DNA of 64,000 nt, taken from the NCBI GenBank assembly GCA_017436525.1, contig JAFSCX010000045.1, positions 17,253 through 81,252 of the forward strand, in the 5' to 3' direction. Below the pieces are notes generated by a model, which saw nothing but the letters and a program-made list of their open reading frames with translations, did no database searches and had not been told where the DNA came from. This stretch comes from Clostridia bacterium (GTDB taxonomy: Bacteria > Bacillota > Clostridia > Oscillospirales > QAKW01). A program made the translations under genes and the position numbers. This document shows, in pieces, positions 53,543 to 63,961 of the stretch. Position 1 is the stretch's first letter. Every line of letters starts with the position of its first letter.

Positions 53543-54787
53543 TTAGTTTCTCTTCATTAAAACTTCTTTTTCGTATTGCTCGACCGTCTCCAACCATTCG
53601 ATACCGGCAGGGACATTCTCGCTCTCGCAGTAGGCGGCCCAGATATCGCCCAAAGGCGCAAGCTTGAGCGCCTCCCGCTCTGCCATCAGGCGGGTGAAAT
53701 TGCCCTGATCCTGCAGCCCCTTAAAGGAAGCGGCCGGCTCAAGCAGAGCAGAAAGAAGGGCTTTTTGCATATTGCGGGTTCCTACAACCCATGCGGCCAC
53801 ACGATTGATGGAGGCATCGAAATAATCCAGGCCGATCATGACCTTCTTCAAGCCATCGCAACGCACGATCTCTTTCGCGATCTCCTTCAGCTCATCATCC
53901 AAAAGGACCACATGGTCGCTATCCCAGCGCATGGGGCGGGTAACATGAAGGGGGACACGATCAAAGAATGCCAGCAGAGCAGGAATCTTATCGCTGACCA
54001 TCTCGGTGGGGTGATAATGGCCGTTATCCAAAAGATTATAAACGCCCTCATGCTTTGCGGCATAGGCCATATAGAATTCATTAGAGCCTACGGTATAGGC
54101 CTCAACACCAATCCCGAACACCTTGCTCTCTACGCAATCCACGACACCCTCAAGCTTCTCGGCAAAGATCTGATCCAAGCTATCCTTCAGGCGAAGGCGG
54201 GGACCTAAACGATCGGCGGGGATTTCTTTATAGCCATCGGGGATCCATACATTGCAAAGGCTCTCTCCGCCCAGCTCCTTGGCAAAATAAGCAGCGATGC
54301 GGCGGCAAGCTTGCCCATGGCGCACCCAGAAAGCGCGGATTTCCTCATCGGGATGGCTCAAAGTAAGGCCATCGGCGGCCTTGGGATGGCTAAAGAAGGT
54401 GGGATTAAAATCCAAGCCGATATTGCGGGCTTTGGCATAATCGACCCATGCCTTGAAATGCTCGGGCTTCAGCGCATCCCGATCCACCTTATTCCCATCG
54501 AAGATGGCATAGCTTGCATGAAGATTGATCCGCTTTTTGCCGGGAATCAGCTTCAGCGCCACATCCAGATCGGCCATCAGCTCCTCGGGGGTGCGGGCAC
54601 GGCCTGGATAATTACCGGTGGTCTGAATCCCGCCGGAAAGGGCCTCGCCTGCGCTCTCAAAGCCGATCACATCATCCCCCTGCCAGCAATGGATGCTGAT
54701 GGGCACATCCTTTAAGATCTCCATTGCCGCCTTGGTTTCAACTCCGAATTTTTCATATAATTTTACTGCAGATTCATAACGCTCCAT
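53543..54787 (-). CDS. rhaA: L-rhamnose isomerase
   Basis: VPISIHCWQGDDVIGFE near the N-terminus, as in E. coli RhaA. 414 aa. Confidence 0.8.
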   Translation of the reverse strand: MERYESAVKLYEKFGVETKAAMEILKDVPISIHCWQGDDVIGFESAGEALSGGIQTTGNYPGRARTPEELMADLDVALKLIPGKKRINLHASYAIFDGNKVDRDALKPEHFKAWVDYAKARNIGLDFNPTFFSHPKAADGLTLSHPDEEIRAFWVRHGQACRRIAAYFAKELGGESLCNVWIPDGYKEIPADRLGPRLRLKDSLDQIFAEKLEGVVDCVESKVFGIGVEAYTVGSNEFYMAYAAKHEGVYNLLDNGHYHPTEMVSDKIPALLAFFDRVPLHVTRPMRWDSDHVVLLDDELKEIAKEIVRCDGLKKVMIGLDYFDASINRVAAWVVGTRNMQKALLSALLEPAASFKGLQDQGNFTRLMAEREALKLAPLGDIWAAYCESENVPAGIEWLETVEQYEKEVLMKRN

Positions 54788-54897
54788 GGGGAAACCTCCT
54801 CAAACGATTTATTATCTTTATTCTAAAATATATGGGGATTTTTTCAAGTTTTCCCAAAAAAGACCTTAAATTCACCTACCAAATTTGAAAATAAGCC

Positions 54898-57800
54898 CTA
54901 TAAAACGATGGTTTTTTCCAAAGAAAAGCTATAAATTTCGCATCTTACCACCTTCAACCCCTTGATTCTTTTAAGGGCTTCGGCATAAAGCTCCATCTGC
55001 ACCCCATAGCGGCGGATCAGCTGCTCCTCGCTCTCTACATGATCGGTCTTATAATCTAAAATGACCGCCTCATTTCCCCGCACACTATAGCAATCCAGCA
55101 CGCCCTGAATCAAAATTTCACCTTCTGCTTTTTCTCCAAAGAGATCGGAGGCCGGCAAGGGGAAGAGGAATCGCTCCTCCTTACTATAATAATCAGCTGT
55201 CAAAAGCGCGGTAAAAGAGGGGCTTTCGGTAAAGCGGCGCAGTTTTTTCAGATCGATCAGCTTTCGCTGCTTTTCCAAGATAAATCCTTCTTGCACCAAG
55301 CGGGCAAGCTCCTGCTCCGGATCCTTCATCAGCTTTTCAAAATCGCAAAACTGCAACGCTTGATGGATGGCATTGCCCACCTCATTGCCCATGGGGGCAA
55401 AGTGATTGAGGAATCGGGGGCGCTGCGGGCGGATCTGCTCCTCCAAAAGCGGCTCCGCCTCCTCATCGGCTTCTCGCATTCCCTTCAGCTCCGAAACGGA
55501 AAGTTTGGCAGGCAAACGGACACTTTCGCCGTATGGATAGCGCCATTCCATGCGCTCCCGCAGCGCTTGCCGATCAAAGGGCGGCGCTTTTTTCTCGCTC
55601 TTTTTTTCGGGCAAGGTCTCCTGCAGGGCGACCCGATGATAGGTGATTCCCAACGGCGAAAAATCGCCCTCCAATAAACCGAATCGCTGCCGCAACGCTT
55701 CTCCTTCTGCGCGGCCTGCAAGCTGCGTTAAGATCCAGCGGGCATAGGAAGCATCCTTTCCTCGAATCATGCGGATGGGCATGGGGCCCTTAAGCCCAAC
55801 GCCGTCCATCACCCAGCTTTCAATCCGCTCATCGGGGACCGTGGCAATCAAAAGCAGGCGGCTTTGGGCACGCGTCAGCGCCACATAAAGCACCCGCTCC
55901 TCCTCGCTGATATTATCGGTGATGGATTGAGCAGCCAAGACCCTCTGCCCCAAAGAGCGGCATCGGGAGAACAGCTCCGGCCGAATCTGCTCTACCGCCG
56001 CTCCATAGCGGGGATGGAAGAGGATCTTGCCATCCTTATCCTGAAGATTAAAATGCTTCTGCAGATCCGCCAGAATACAGATCGGAAATTCCAGCCCCTT
56101 TGAGCGGTGGATCGACATCATCTGCACGCAATTTTGCTCCGCTTTAATCTTTACGCCCTTTCGGCTGCCCTTTCGGCTTAAGCGAATATGCTCAATGAAG
56201 GCATAAAGGCCTTGATAGCCCTCCTGCTCAAAGGCTCGCGCCTCTTCGGAAAATTCCTCTAAGCAGGCCTGCTTTTCGGCGCCCCGCTCCCCTCTCAGAT
56301 AATATTCCATGATTCCGCTTTCCGAGAGGATCCGCTCCAGAAGCTCATATACATAAAGGGAGCCGCTGAGCTTGCGATAGCCCTCGATCTTCTCAAGGGC
56401 CTCTCTTGCGCGGGAATTTTTCTTGCTATACTCCTTGAGATCATCAAAAAGGAAGGTGTTTTGACGGCGCATGGCCGCAAGCTCACCCACAGTGAATCGG
56501 AAATAATCGCCATAGAGCAGAGAAACCATTGCCACATCGTCATATGGATTATTCAAGACCATCAGATAGGAAAGAAGGCTCTGCACCTCCCAAAGATCAT
56601 AAAAAGGAGTAGCATCCCGATCGTTGGTTACGGGGATTCCCAAGCGAAGCAGCTCCCGCTCAAAAATGGGCGCACTGCCCTTCATGGTATGCAGCAGGAC
56701 GGCAAAATCCTTATATTCTGCAGGGCGGCTTCCGCCGCCGGGCAGATCGATGGTTTTCTTTTGGGCCACATAATCCTTAATCCATGCCGCCGTATAGCGC
56801 GCATTCTGAAGGGTGGTATCTAATTTTTTGCCGCTTTTGGGATCGATTTCCGGCTGAAGGTGGTGCAGCTGGGCCACCGGCTGCTCCCGCCGATCATATG
56901 CGCGGCGGGCATTCATGCGCTCCCGCTCATCATAGACCACCCCGCCAAGCTCCATGCTCATCAGCGCACCAAACAATTCATTTACCAAATGAATGATATC
57001 GGGATGGGAGCGATAATTATCATTCAATTCCAATACAGTAGGCTTCTTTAGCGCGCTCTGCGAAAAGCGCTCTGCGCCCGCCCGCTTTTCGGCAAAAATC
57101 TCCGGCTCTGCGCCGCGGAACCGATAGATGCTCTGCTTAATATCGCCCACCATAAAAAGATTCTTCCCCTCTTGGGAGAGGGCGCGGAAGATCAGATCCT
57201 GCGCACGGTTGCTATCTTGGAATTCATCAATAATGATCTCATCATAATCCTTCCGCAATTCCATTGCCAAGGGAGTGGGGGTCAGCTGATCGGTGGTGGG
57301 ATCATAATGCGCCACCAAAAGCTGCACCGCCATCTGCTCCATATCCTGATAAGAGATCAGCGCCCCCTTGCGGCGGGCAGCAAGCAGCCGATCCTTTAAT
57401 TCCATTGCAGCAGAAAAATAAGCGGAGAGCAGTTTTTGCTGCTGCTCCAAGCGGGAGAGCTCTTCCGCCTCCTCCTCTGCCACACTCTCGATCAGCTTTC
57501 CGAGATTTTTCTTAAATCGATCGCGGCGGGCCTTCAGCCGCTCCTTTTCTTCCGCCCCGCCTTCCTTTTCGGCAAGGGAATCAAATCGCAAGGTCCCAAG
57601 GCGCACCTGCAGCACCCCGTTCCGAAAGTCCGTATAATCCCGCTGCTCCAAAAGGGGGCGCAAGGCCGCAATTTTCTGATATTCTTCCTCTAAAAAGGCA
57701 AGTAATTTAGGGAAGCGGGAAAGATAGCGCTCCCCTTGCGCCCATCGATAAAGATGGGCATATTCTCCCATCAGCTCCTCTACCTGCTGCAGATAATATT

Positions 57801-58443
57801 GATATAAACCATCCTCACAAAAGCAGGCAAAAAGCCCTTCCCTTCGCCGCTCATAGGGAGCGAGGGCACGGGCGATATAATCCTCGGGCAGGGGCTGCTT
57901 TTCCAAAAAGCGCATTCCCTCGATCAGCAATGCCTTCAGCCCCTCATCGCTTCTGCCCCCTGCAAAGCAGGAGAGCAGAAGCTCACTCGCCGGATCTCCT
58001 CTTCCGTAAAGCTCTTCGATCAGCGCTTCCGCCTGCTCCTCTACCATCTGCTGATCGGCACTCTCATCGATCAGCCTGCAGCGCGGATCCAGCTCCAGCT
58101 GCTCAAAATGGCGGAGAATCAAATCCAGGCAGATGCTATGGATGGTGCCGATCTGGGCACTCTCGATGAGGGCACTCTGCTTCATCAGATGATCGCCCCC
58201 CTCTGCCGCCACTGCAGCATCCACCGCCCGCTTGATCTTCATCCGCATCTCCTCGGCGGCAGCGCGGGTATAGGTCATAATAATCAGCCGGCGAATATCA
58301 CCCTTTTGCTCCTTCAAATAGCGAAGAACCCGCTCCACCAATACAGTGGTCTTGCCGCTTCCTGCGGCGGCGGATACCAGAAGGGCGTCGCCTCGGCTAT
58401 GGATCGCATTTTGCTGATCGGGCGAAAATTGAATGGTGCTCAT
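54898..58443 (-). CDS. addA: ATP-dependent helicase/nuclease subunit A
   Basis: UvrD-like helicase motifs (SAAAGSGKTTVL, IIIDEFQDSN, VALTRAQ) and a C-terminal RecB-type nuclease (ILDYKTD). 4-nt overlap with addB. Confidence 0.9.
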   Translation of the reverse strand: MSTIQFSPDQQNAIHSRGDALLVSAAAGSGKTTVLVERVLRYLKEQKGDIRRLIIMTYTRAAAEEMRMKIKRAVDAAVAAEGGDHLMKQSALIESAQIGTIHSICLDLILRHFEQLELDPRCRLIDESADQQMVEEQAEALIEELYGRGDPASELLLSCFAGGRSDEGLKALLIEGMRFLEKQPLPEDYIARALAPYERRREGLFACFCEDGLYQYYLQQVEELMGEYAHLYRWAQGERYLSRFPKLLAFLEEEYQKIAALRPLLEQRDYTDFRNGVLQVRLGTLRFDSLAEKEGGAEEKERLKARRDRFKKNLGKLIESVAEEEAEELSRLEQQQKLLSAYFSAAMELKDRLLAARRKGALISYQDMEQMAVQLLVAHYDPTTDQLTPTPLAMELRKDYDEIIIDEFQDSNRAQDLIFRALSQEGKNLFMVGDIKQSIYRFRGAEPEIFAEKRAGAERFSQSALKKPTVLELNDNYRSHPDIIHLVNELFGALMSMELGGVVYDERERMNARRAYDRREQPVAQLHHLQPEIDPKSGKKLDTTLQNARYTAAWIKDYVAQKKTIDLPGGGSRPAEYKDFAVLLHTMKGSAPIFERELLRLGIPVTNDRDATPFYDLWEVQSLLSYLMVLNNPYDDVAMVSLLYGDYFRFTVGELAAMRRQNTFLFDDLKEYSKKNSRAREALEKIEGYRKLSGSLYVYELLERILSESGIMEYYLRGERGAEKQACLEEFSEEARAFEQEGYQGLYAFIEHIRLSRKGSRKGVKIKAEQNCVQMMSIHRSKGLEFPICILADLQKHFNLQDKDGKILFHPRYGAAVEQIRPELFSRCRSLGQRVLAAQSITDNISEEERVLYVALTRAQSRLLLIATVPDERIESWVMDGVGLKGPMPIRMIRGKDASYARWILTQLAGRAEGEALRQRFGLLEGDFSPLGITYHRVALQETLPEKKSEKKAPPFDRQALRERMEWRYPYGESVRLPAKLSVSELKGMREADEEAEPLLEEQIRPQRPRFLNHFAPMGNEVGNAIHQALQFCDFEKLMKDPEQELARLVQEGFILEKQRKLIDLKKLRRFTESPSFTALLTADYYSKEERFLFPLPASDLFGEKAEGEILIQGVLDCYSVRGNEAVILDYKTDHVESEEQLIRRYGVQMELYAEALKRIKGLKVVRCEIYSFSLEKTIVL

Positions 58444-61400
58444 CCTTCCTTCTCCTCCTTTCTCCGCCAGCCGAAGGGCTCCTCCGACCAGCCTCTTGGC
58501 TCATCTTTTTGCTCATCATAACCGCAGATTCCTTGAAAATCGCAATATTTGCAGGCATCATGGTCCTTCCCCTTCAAAGGCAAGGCGCGCACGTTTCCGT
58601 CGAAAATTCCTTGGGCGGTCTCTTTCAGCACCGCCTCCATATGATCGACCATCTCTTCCATCAGCTCCGGCTCATAGGCCTTCACATGATAGCCCAAAGC
58701 GCCGCCTTTATTATAGGTGATCTTGAAATGGCGGCTTCCGCCCTCACCATCCAACGCGTTGAGCGCCTCGGGATCCTTAGTGAACGCCCCGCCGCGGCGA
58801 TAGAACGCACGAATCTGCTCGGGCAGCTCCTCTTTTGGGAAAGACCCTTGAAAATCGGGGGTATGGGCCTCCATATAGCAAGCGGCGGCAGAGCGGGGGT
58901 TTTGAAATTTCCCGCTCTTCTTGAGGCCATAGAGATAGATGGGCAGCTGCACGCCGGTGCGATTGGTGATCCCTCGCATATCAAATTTTTGAGAGCCGGT
59001 CTTATAATCGGTAACCTTCAGATAGGTTACCCCATCCTTTTCATAGGTATCGACCCGATCGATATAACCGATCAGCTCGACCTCCTTTCCCCCTTCCAAA
59101 GCAAGGGGATTTCCGCCCAAAGAGACCTCCGCTCCGTAAGGCTCAAATTTTCCTTCCGAAAGCTCCTCTAATACATTCTCTGCCACATAGCAGAAAAGCT
59201 TGGTCATCCGCCGATAAAGGGCATGAAAGCGATTGGAGCGGTCCATATCCTTTAGCTGCTCCGAAAGATAGCGCTCTGCCATGGCGGCGCCGAATTCCAT
59301 AATCCTCTCGGGGGTATAGGCTTTATAATTCAGATTCTCTTGCCGGAGGGAATGGATCAACTGCTCCATTCCATCGTGAATAAAGGTGCCGATATTGGCC
59401 GCATCAAAGCGGATGGGCTCATTGGGCTTAATCCGCAAGGTTTTTTCCATAAAATAATGGAACGGGCAATTTTGATAAAGGCTGATCTGGCTATAGCTCA
59501 GCCGCAGGCGGTCGCCAAACATTTTTTGGACCACCGCCTCCTCCAGCGGCGCCTGCTGATCCTGCAAAGAGGGCATGGTGCTGCCGATCTCTTTTGCAAT
59601 CTGCGCGCTTAATTCCGGCGCAAAGGCCATCAGCTCCCGTGCACCATCCTTTGTAGCGGCAAAATCATAAAGATTCATCTGCTCCCTTAAGATGGGCTCC
59701 TTTTGGCTGATCGCGCATAATTTCTGATAATAAACCGAAGGCAGCAGAGGCGAGCCATCCATCTCGAACGCACTGCAGGAGAAGGTCAGCCCGCAGGAGG
59801 CGGAAAAGAGGGCAGAATAAAAGCGATATTGCCCCTGCAGAGTATTTTGCTGCAGAGTGGCATTGCAAGGCAGATCATGCTCCAAAAAGAGCCGCCGCTC
59901 CCGATCTCCGATCAAGCCCCCATCCGCCGCCGGCATGGGAAGCAGGCCTTGATTGGCGCCTACAACATAAAGATGCTTGATCCCCTCCAACCGGCTATGG
60001 GCCACCTCGCCCATGCAGACCGCGTCCATCGATTGAGGGGCCACATTCAAAGCGGTCTCCTCGCCGCAAAGGCCTACCAGCTCCTCCAATGCATAAAGAG
60101 AAATCTTCTCTTTTCCAAATACCAAGAAGAGATCATCCAGAATCTCTACCATTGCCGCATAATGCTGCATATATTCGCGGCTCATTCGCCGATAGTGCTG
60201 AGCCGACCAATGATCCTCCGCGCTCTTAGCCAGCAAAAGATATTCTTTTGCCCGCGCCGAGATCTGCTCTTCTACCTTAAAATCGGAAAGCAGCTGATAG
60301 ATTCCTTTCGCAAAGGCTTCGCCGCTTCCTTCCTCTGCCGCTCTCTTGAAAGCGATCAGAGGCAAGCGAACCCGCTCCCGCAGCCCATTGAGAGAAGCAA
60401 GAAGGGCCTCTCCCTCCTCGGTGGGCGCACGAAGACCGCCCGGATTTTGGGTAAAGGGCTGCTCTCGGATCCATTTTTCCCCATGAATCTGCCAGCTGAT
60501 GCAATAGCTTTCCAATCGGCTGATCAGATCGGGATCTTCTCCTGCCATGCCGGTCTTCAAAAAGCTGAGCATATCCTCACTGCGAAAATAGCGCTCGGGG
60601 CTAATGAGCCGCAGAGCACTGCGCACAAAGGAAAAGATCGGCTTTGAGACCGATTGCTGCCCCCGATCCAAAAAGAGCGGAATATGATAACGCTGAAAAA
60701 TCACCTGGCTGATGGGCCCATAGGAATCCAAGGAGCCGGCAATGACCGCGATCTCCCGATACCGAAGCCCCTCTTCCCGCACACGGCGATTGATATCCGC
60801 CGCCACCATGGTCAGCTCTTCCCGCACATTTTTGCCCATCATCAAAGAAAGATGGGGCATCTCCCCTTCATATGGTTTGGGGCAGGGATGGAAAAGCTGC
60901 TGCTCCAAATATTGAAGATCCTCGAATAAAAGCCGCTTGGAGGGGCCTTGAAGAAACTGCTCTCTCTGCTCCACGCCCTTAGCTTTTGCCGCCCTTTTCA
61001 AAAGAGCAAGCTCCTCCTTGGCGGTGGAGAAGAGCAAGGAAGAATCATTGGGGTCCAGCGTGAGGGCCAAGAGCAAATCCTCCGCCTGCTCCATCATCAG
61101 CTCGATCAGCGCCCTCTGGCCGCCGGTGAAGCCGAAAAAGCCATCAATGATTACCGCGCTTCCCTTGAAAAACGCATGGGCTTTGGCAAGCTCTGCCGCC
61201 GCGGAAAGTTCCTTGGCTGCAGAGCGATTTTCTTCGTTAAGCTGCGCGCAATAGGCCGAATAGAGCAGAAAGAGATCCTTATATTTTTCCAGCCAATCCT
61301 GCCGCCCGCTTTGCTCCAGAAGAGGGATTACCCCCTCCTCTTGGAGGCCGGAGAGGGAGAATTCCTCAAAAACTTGGGAAAGCTTGGCAATAAAGCCCAT

Positions 61401-61724
61401 GGTGGGCCGCGCCTTTCTATAATAACCCAACTTTTTCTGCTGAGAAAGGAGGGTTCGATAAATCAGCGCCGTCTCGCGGGTTTTGGTCATATAAGAGCCT
61501 GCCACCCCGCCCAAAGCGCGGAAGATGACATTGGTAAGCCTGCGAAAAGAGACCACCTGCACACCCTCCAGCCCCAAATTACCGATGGCTCGCTCCAGCG
61601 CCATGGAGCTCTGCTCCGGCACCAGATAATAGACTGCTCTCCCCTCCCCGCAAAGGGAAGACAGGCGGTTTTTCAGATATTCGGTTTTGCCGACGCCGCT
61701 GCGCCCCAAGACCCATGTGATCAT
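58440..61724 (-). CDS. addB: ATP-dependent helicase/nuclease subunit B
   Basis: MITWVLGRSGVGKT Walker A. The C-terminal nuclease has an Fe-S cysteine cluster (CKYCDFQGICGY). Start trimmed to ATG 61724 (AAGGAG 8 nt upstream) from ORF start 61745. Confidence 0.85.
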   Translation of the reverse strand: MITWVLGRSGVGKTEYLKNRLSSLCGEGRAVYYLVPEQSSMALERAIGNLGLEGVQVVSFRRLTNVIFRALGGVAGSYMTKTRETALIYRTLLSQQKKLGYYRKARPTMGFIAKLSQVFEEFSLSGLQEEGVIPLLEQSGRQDWLEKYKDLFLLYSAYCAQLNEENRSAAKELSAAAELAKAHAFFKGSAVIIDGFFGFTGGQRALIELMMEQAEDLLLALTLDPNDSSLLFSTAKEELALLKRAAKAKGVEQREQFLQGPSKRLLFEDLQYLEQQLFHPCPKPYEGEMPHLSLMMGKNVREELTMVAADINRRVREEGLRYREIAVIAGSLDSYGPISQVIFQRYHIPLFLDRGQQSVSKPIFSFVRSALRLISPERYFRSEDMLSFLKTGMAGEDPDLISRLESYCISWQIHGEKWIREQPFTQNPGGLRAPTEEGEALLASLNGLRERVRLPLIAFKRAAEEGSGEAFAKGIYQLLSDFKVEEQISARAKEYLLLAKSAEDHWSAQHYRRMSREYMQHYAAMVEILDDLFLVFGKEKISLYALEELVGLCGEETALNVAPQSMDAVCMGEVAHSRLEGIKHLYVVGANQGLLPMPAADGGLIGDRERRLFLEHDLPCNATLQQNTLQGQYRFYSALFSASCGLTFSCSAFEMDGSPLLPSVYYQKLCAISQKEPILREQMNLYDFAATKDGARELMAFAPELSAQIAKEIGSTMPSLQDQQAPLEEAVVQKMFGDRLRLSYSQISLYQNCPFHYFMEKTLRIKPNEPIRFDAANIGTFIHDGMEQLIHSLRQENLNYKAYTPERIMEFGAAMAERYLSEQLKDMDRSNRFHALYRRMTKLFCYVAENVLEELSEGKFEPYGAEVSLGGNPLALEGGKEVELIGYIDRVDTYEKDGVTYLKVTDYKTGSQKFDMRGITNRTGVQLPIYLYGLKKSGKFQNPRSAAACYMEAHTPDFQGSFPKEELPEQIRAFYRRGGAFTKDPEALNALDGEGGSRHFKITYNKGGALGYHVKAYEPELMEEMVDHMEAVLKETAQGIFDGNVRALPLKGKDHDACKYCDFQGICGYDEQKDEPRGWSEEPFGWRRKEEKEG

Positions 61725-61788
61725 CTGTTTCGCTCCTTTTAACATTCTGATTTCATTATACCTTTTTTCTTCCCCTTTGTAAAGAAAA

Positions 61789-61812
61789 AGCAGGAAGCAA
61801 ACGCTTCCTGCT
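61789..61812 (-). terminator. terminator after the cytoplasmic EEP gene cluster
   Basis: AGCAGGAAGC-AAAC-GCTTCCTGCT, followed on the minus strand by TTTTCTTT. Confidence 0.65.
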
Positions 61813-61817
61813 TTAGA

Positions 61818-62582
61818 TTAGTTAATCTCAAAATCATAGATCATGCCAAAGTGATCCGAGGCATACTTGCCGTCAAAATCCTTGGTAACCACTTCATAGC
61901 CCACCGCATCAATTCCGTTTCCGCTATAGAAGCAATGGTCGATAATCCATTCCGGCTTATCACCGATGGGCTGATAGCCGCAAAGGGTGGCCTGGCGACT
62001 CTCGGGAGCGATCTCTTGCCGCACTTCGCGGAAATAGCTCTTCATCACCTTATCCGCCTCGGAATCGGGGGCGAAATTATAATCGGCGATGCAGATGGCA
62101 ATCTCCCCTTCTCCCAGCGCCTTTACCTTCTTAATCATCAGCTCTGCGCTCTTGGGCATGGCGGAAGGGATATAATCAAAATGGGTAGAATGGGCATGGA
62201 TCAGCCTGCCGCTCTCCTTATCCTTTAAGGTTACTCTGATGCAATGGCGGACATGATCAGCGCCCCAGCCCTTAATATGGGGGCGATCAGGGGTATCGTT
62301 GAACCAGAATTGCTCGCAGGAAACATATTCAAACCGATCTTTTTTCCAAAAAACAGGAGCTCCCTCTTGAAAATCGGTATCCCGAAAGAAGATGACATGG
62401 TCATACTTTTCGTCGAGCTGATGCAGAGGCTTGATCCAGATGGGAGTTACCTCCTGCAAGCAAAGGATCGCAGGATCATATTCCTCGATCAGCTGAAAAA
62501 GCCGCGGAGCACGCTCTGCCACCGAATGACCGTTGGCATCATCCACACACCGTACGTTGAAGCCCATTGTTCTCAATTTCAT
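61818..62582 (-). CDS. EEP family protein (no signal peptide)
   Basis: GFNVR, CLQEV, FWFNDTPD, STH, ADYNF, IDHCF and SDHFGM motifs. Confidence 0.8.
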   Translation of the reverse strand: MKLRTMGFNVRCVDDANGHSVAERAPRLFQLIEEYDPAILCLQEVTPIWIKPLHQLDEKYDHVIFFRDTDFQEGAPVFWKKDRFEYVSCEQFWFNDTPDRPHIKGWGADHVRHCIRVTLKDKESGRLIHAHSTHFDYIPSAMPKSAELMIKKVKALGEGEIAICIADYNFAPDSEADKVMKSYFREVRQEIAPESRQATLCGYQPIGDKPEWIIDHCFYSGNGIDAVGYEVVTKDFDGKYASDHFGMIYDFEIN

Positions 62583-62600
62583 AATGATTCTCCTTTTTCA

Positions 62601-63953
62601 TTATTCCAAAGTGAATTTTGCGCAGATCGAAACATGGTCGGAAAGCTCTTTTTCTCCGGAAACAACGTCTGCAGTCTTATAGGCATAAGGCACCAGTTCC
62701 TCGCCCTTATAGAAGAGATAATCCTCTATGGAGGGAATTACTCCCTCCTGATACCGTCCATGATAGGTGGGCGACAAATCCTTGGGGAAGAGGGTAACGC
62801 GGGTATCCTGATACTCTTTTCTGAGCGCGGCATATTCCTCGGAACCATAAGTTACACCGGTTACCGCGTTAAAGACAGACATCCCTTCAGGTGCTTTCCC
62901 ACCCTTAATGACGGCAACCTTCCGCTCGCCGATCTTCAAGATGACACCATTCTCCAGCTTCTCCACCAAGGAGATCCGCTTGGGTCGCCAGAAGATGCCG
63001 CAGGCGGTCTCATAGCGCTTCAGATTCATCAGCCTCTCTTCCAAAACCCCATCGCAATGATGGACAATGGCGATATCGCTATTGAGATCATTGATGCGAT
63101 TGCGAATGCTTCTCATTCTGGCAAGATGCGCCTCTTCATCCTCTAAAAGGCCCTTGGCCTCTGCGTTGGTTACGCTTACCTTAAGAGGCTCTAAAATCTC
63201 CAGCTCCAAAAGCAGGCCGTAATGGTCGGAGGGGAATTTGCCGTCGAAGGTCTCATCGATCCGATGGTAAGAAACGGGCTTCACCGTATCGGGAGAGATA
63301 AAGCAAAAATCGATGGGCGTGCCGCCTTGGCAGTTGATATCGTAGCCATGGCAGGTGAGGCGTCTATCATTGGCTGTCTTCATATTAAGATCTACTAAAA
63401 AATCAGTCAGTGCCTTGTAACCGGGATAATCATAGGACAGATTGAAATCTCCTACCAACACCAAATTCTTCGCATCCAGCGCTTTGGCATAATCCCGAAT
63501 CAGCCGCGTGCTATCGAGATGGCACTGATCGCCGAATCCATAATGGGTATCAAAGAAATGGAATTCTCTGCCGGTTTTCAGCTCCTTGAGCTTTGCCCAG
63601 ATGCAGAAGCGATAGTGGCCCCAATCGCACCAGCCCTTGGAAGGAATATCGGGGGTATCGGAATACCAGAACCAGCCCTTATCCAAAAGCTCATAGGCGC
63701 CCTTTCTCCAAAGAATGGAGCAGCCCTCAATATCGGTGCGCTCATCACGATATTTATGGAAAATCTCATATTTATCGGAATAATCTTCCAAAATATAAGG
63801 CAGAAGGCCGGGTACTACTTCTTGAAAACCGATGATATCGGGATCATATTGATCCATCAAGGCCTTGATGCGAGGGGTACGCTCCTCAAAAGAATGGCCG
63901 CTGGCCTTATCGTTGCCGCTTCGAATATTAAAAGATACAACTTTCATTTTCAT
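62601..63953 (-). CDS. EEP family protein fused to a degenerate second EEP-like domain
   Basis: The N-half has SFNIR, GFQEV, FWYSDTPD, DTH, GDFNL, IDFCF and SDHYGL. The C-half keeps VSVTN, IEDYLFY and LSDHVSI but has HHCDG where QEV is expected, and lacks the TH and GDxN motifs. Confidence 0.8.
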   Translation of the reverse strand: MKMKVVSFNIRSGNDKASGHSFEERTPRIKALMDQYDPDIIGFQEVVPGLLPYILEDYSDKYEIFHKYRDERTDIEGCSILWRKGAYELLDKGWFWYSDTPDIPSKGWCDWGHYRFCIWAKLKELKTGREFHFFDTHYGFGDQCHLDSTRLIRDYAKALDAKNLVLVGDFNLSYDYPGYKALTDFLVDLNMKTANDRRLTCHGYDINCQGGTPIDFCFISPDTVKPVSYHRIDETFDGKFPSDHYGLLLELEILEPLKVSVTNAEAKGLLEDEEAHLARMRSIRNRINDLNSDIAIVHHCDGVLEERLMNLKRYETACGIFWRPKRISLVEKLENGVILKIGERKVAVIKGGKAPEGMSVFNAVTGVTYGSEEYAALRKEYQDTRVTLFPKDLSPTYHGRYQEGVIPSIEDYLFYKGEELVPYAYKTADVVSGEKELSDHVSICAKFTLE

Positions 63954-63961
63954 CTACCTCC

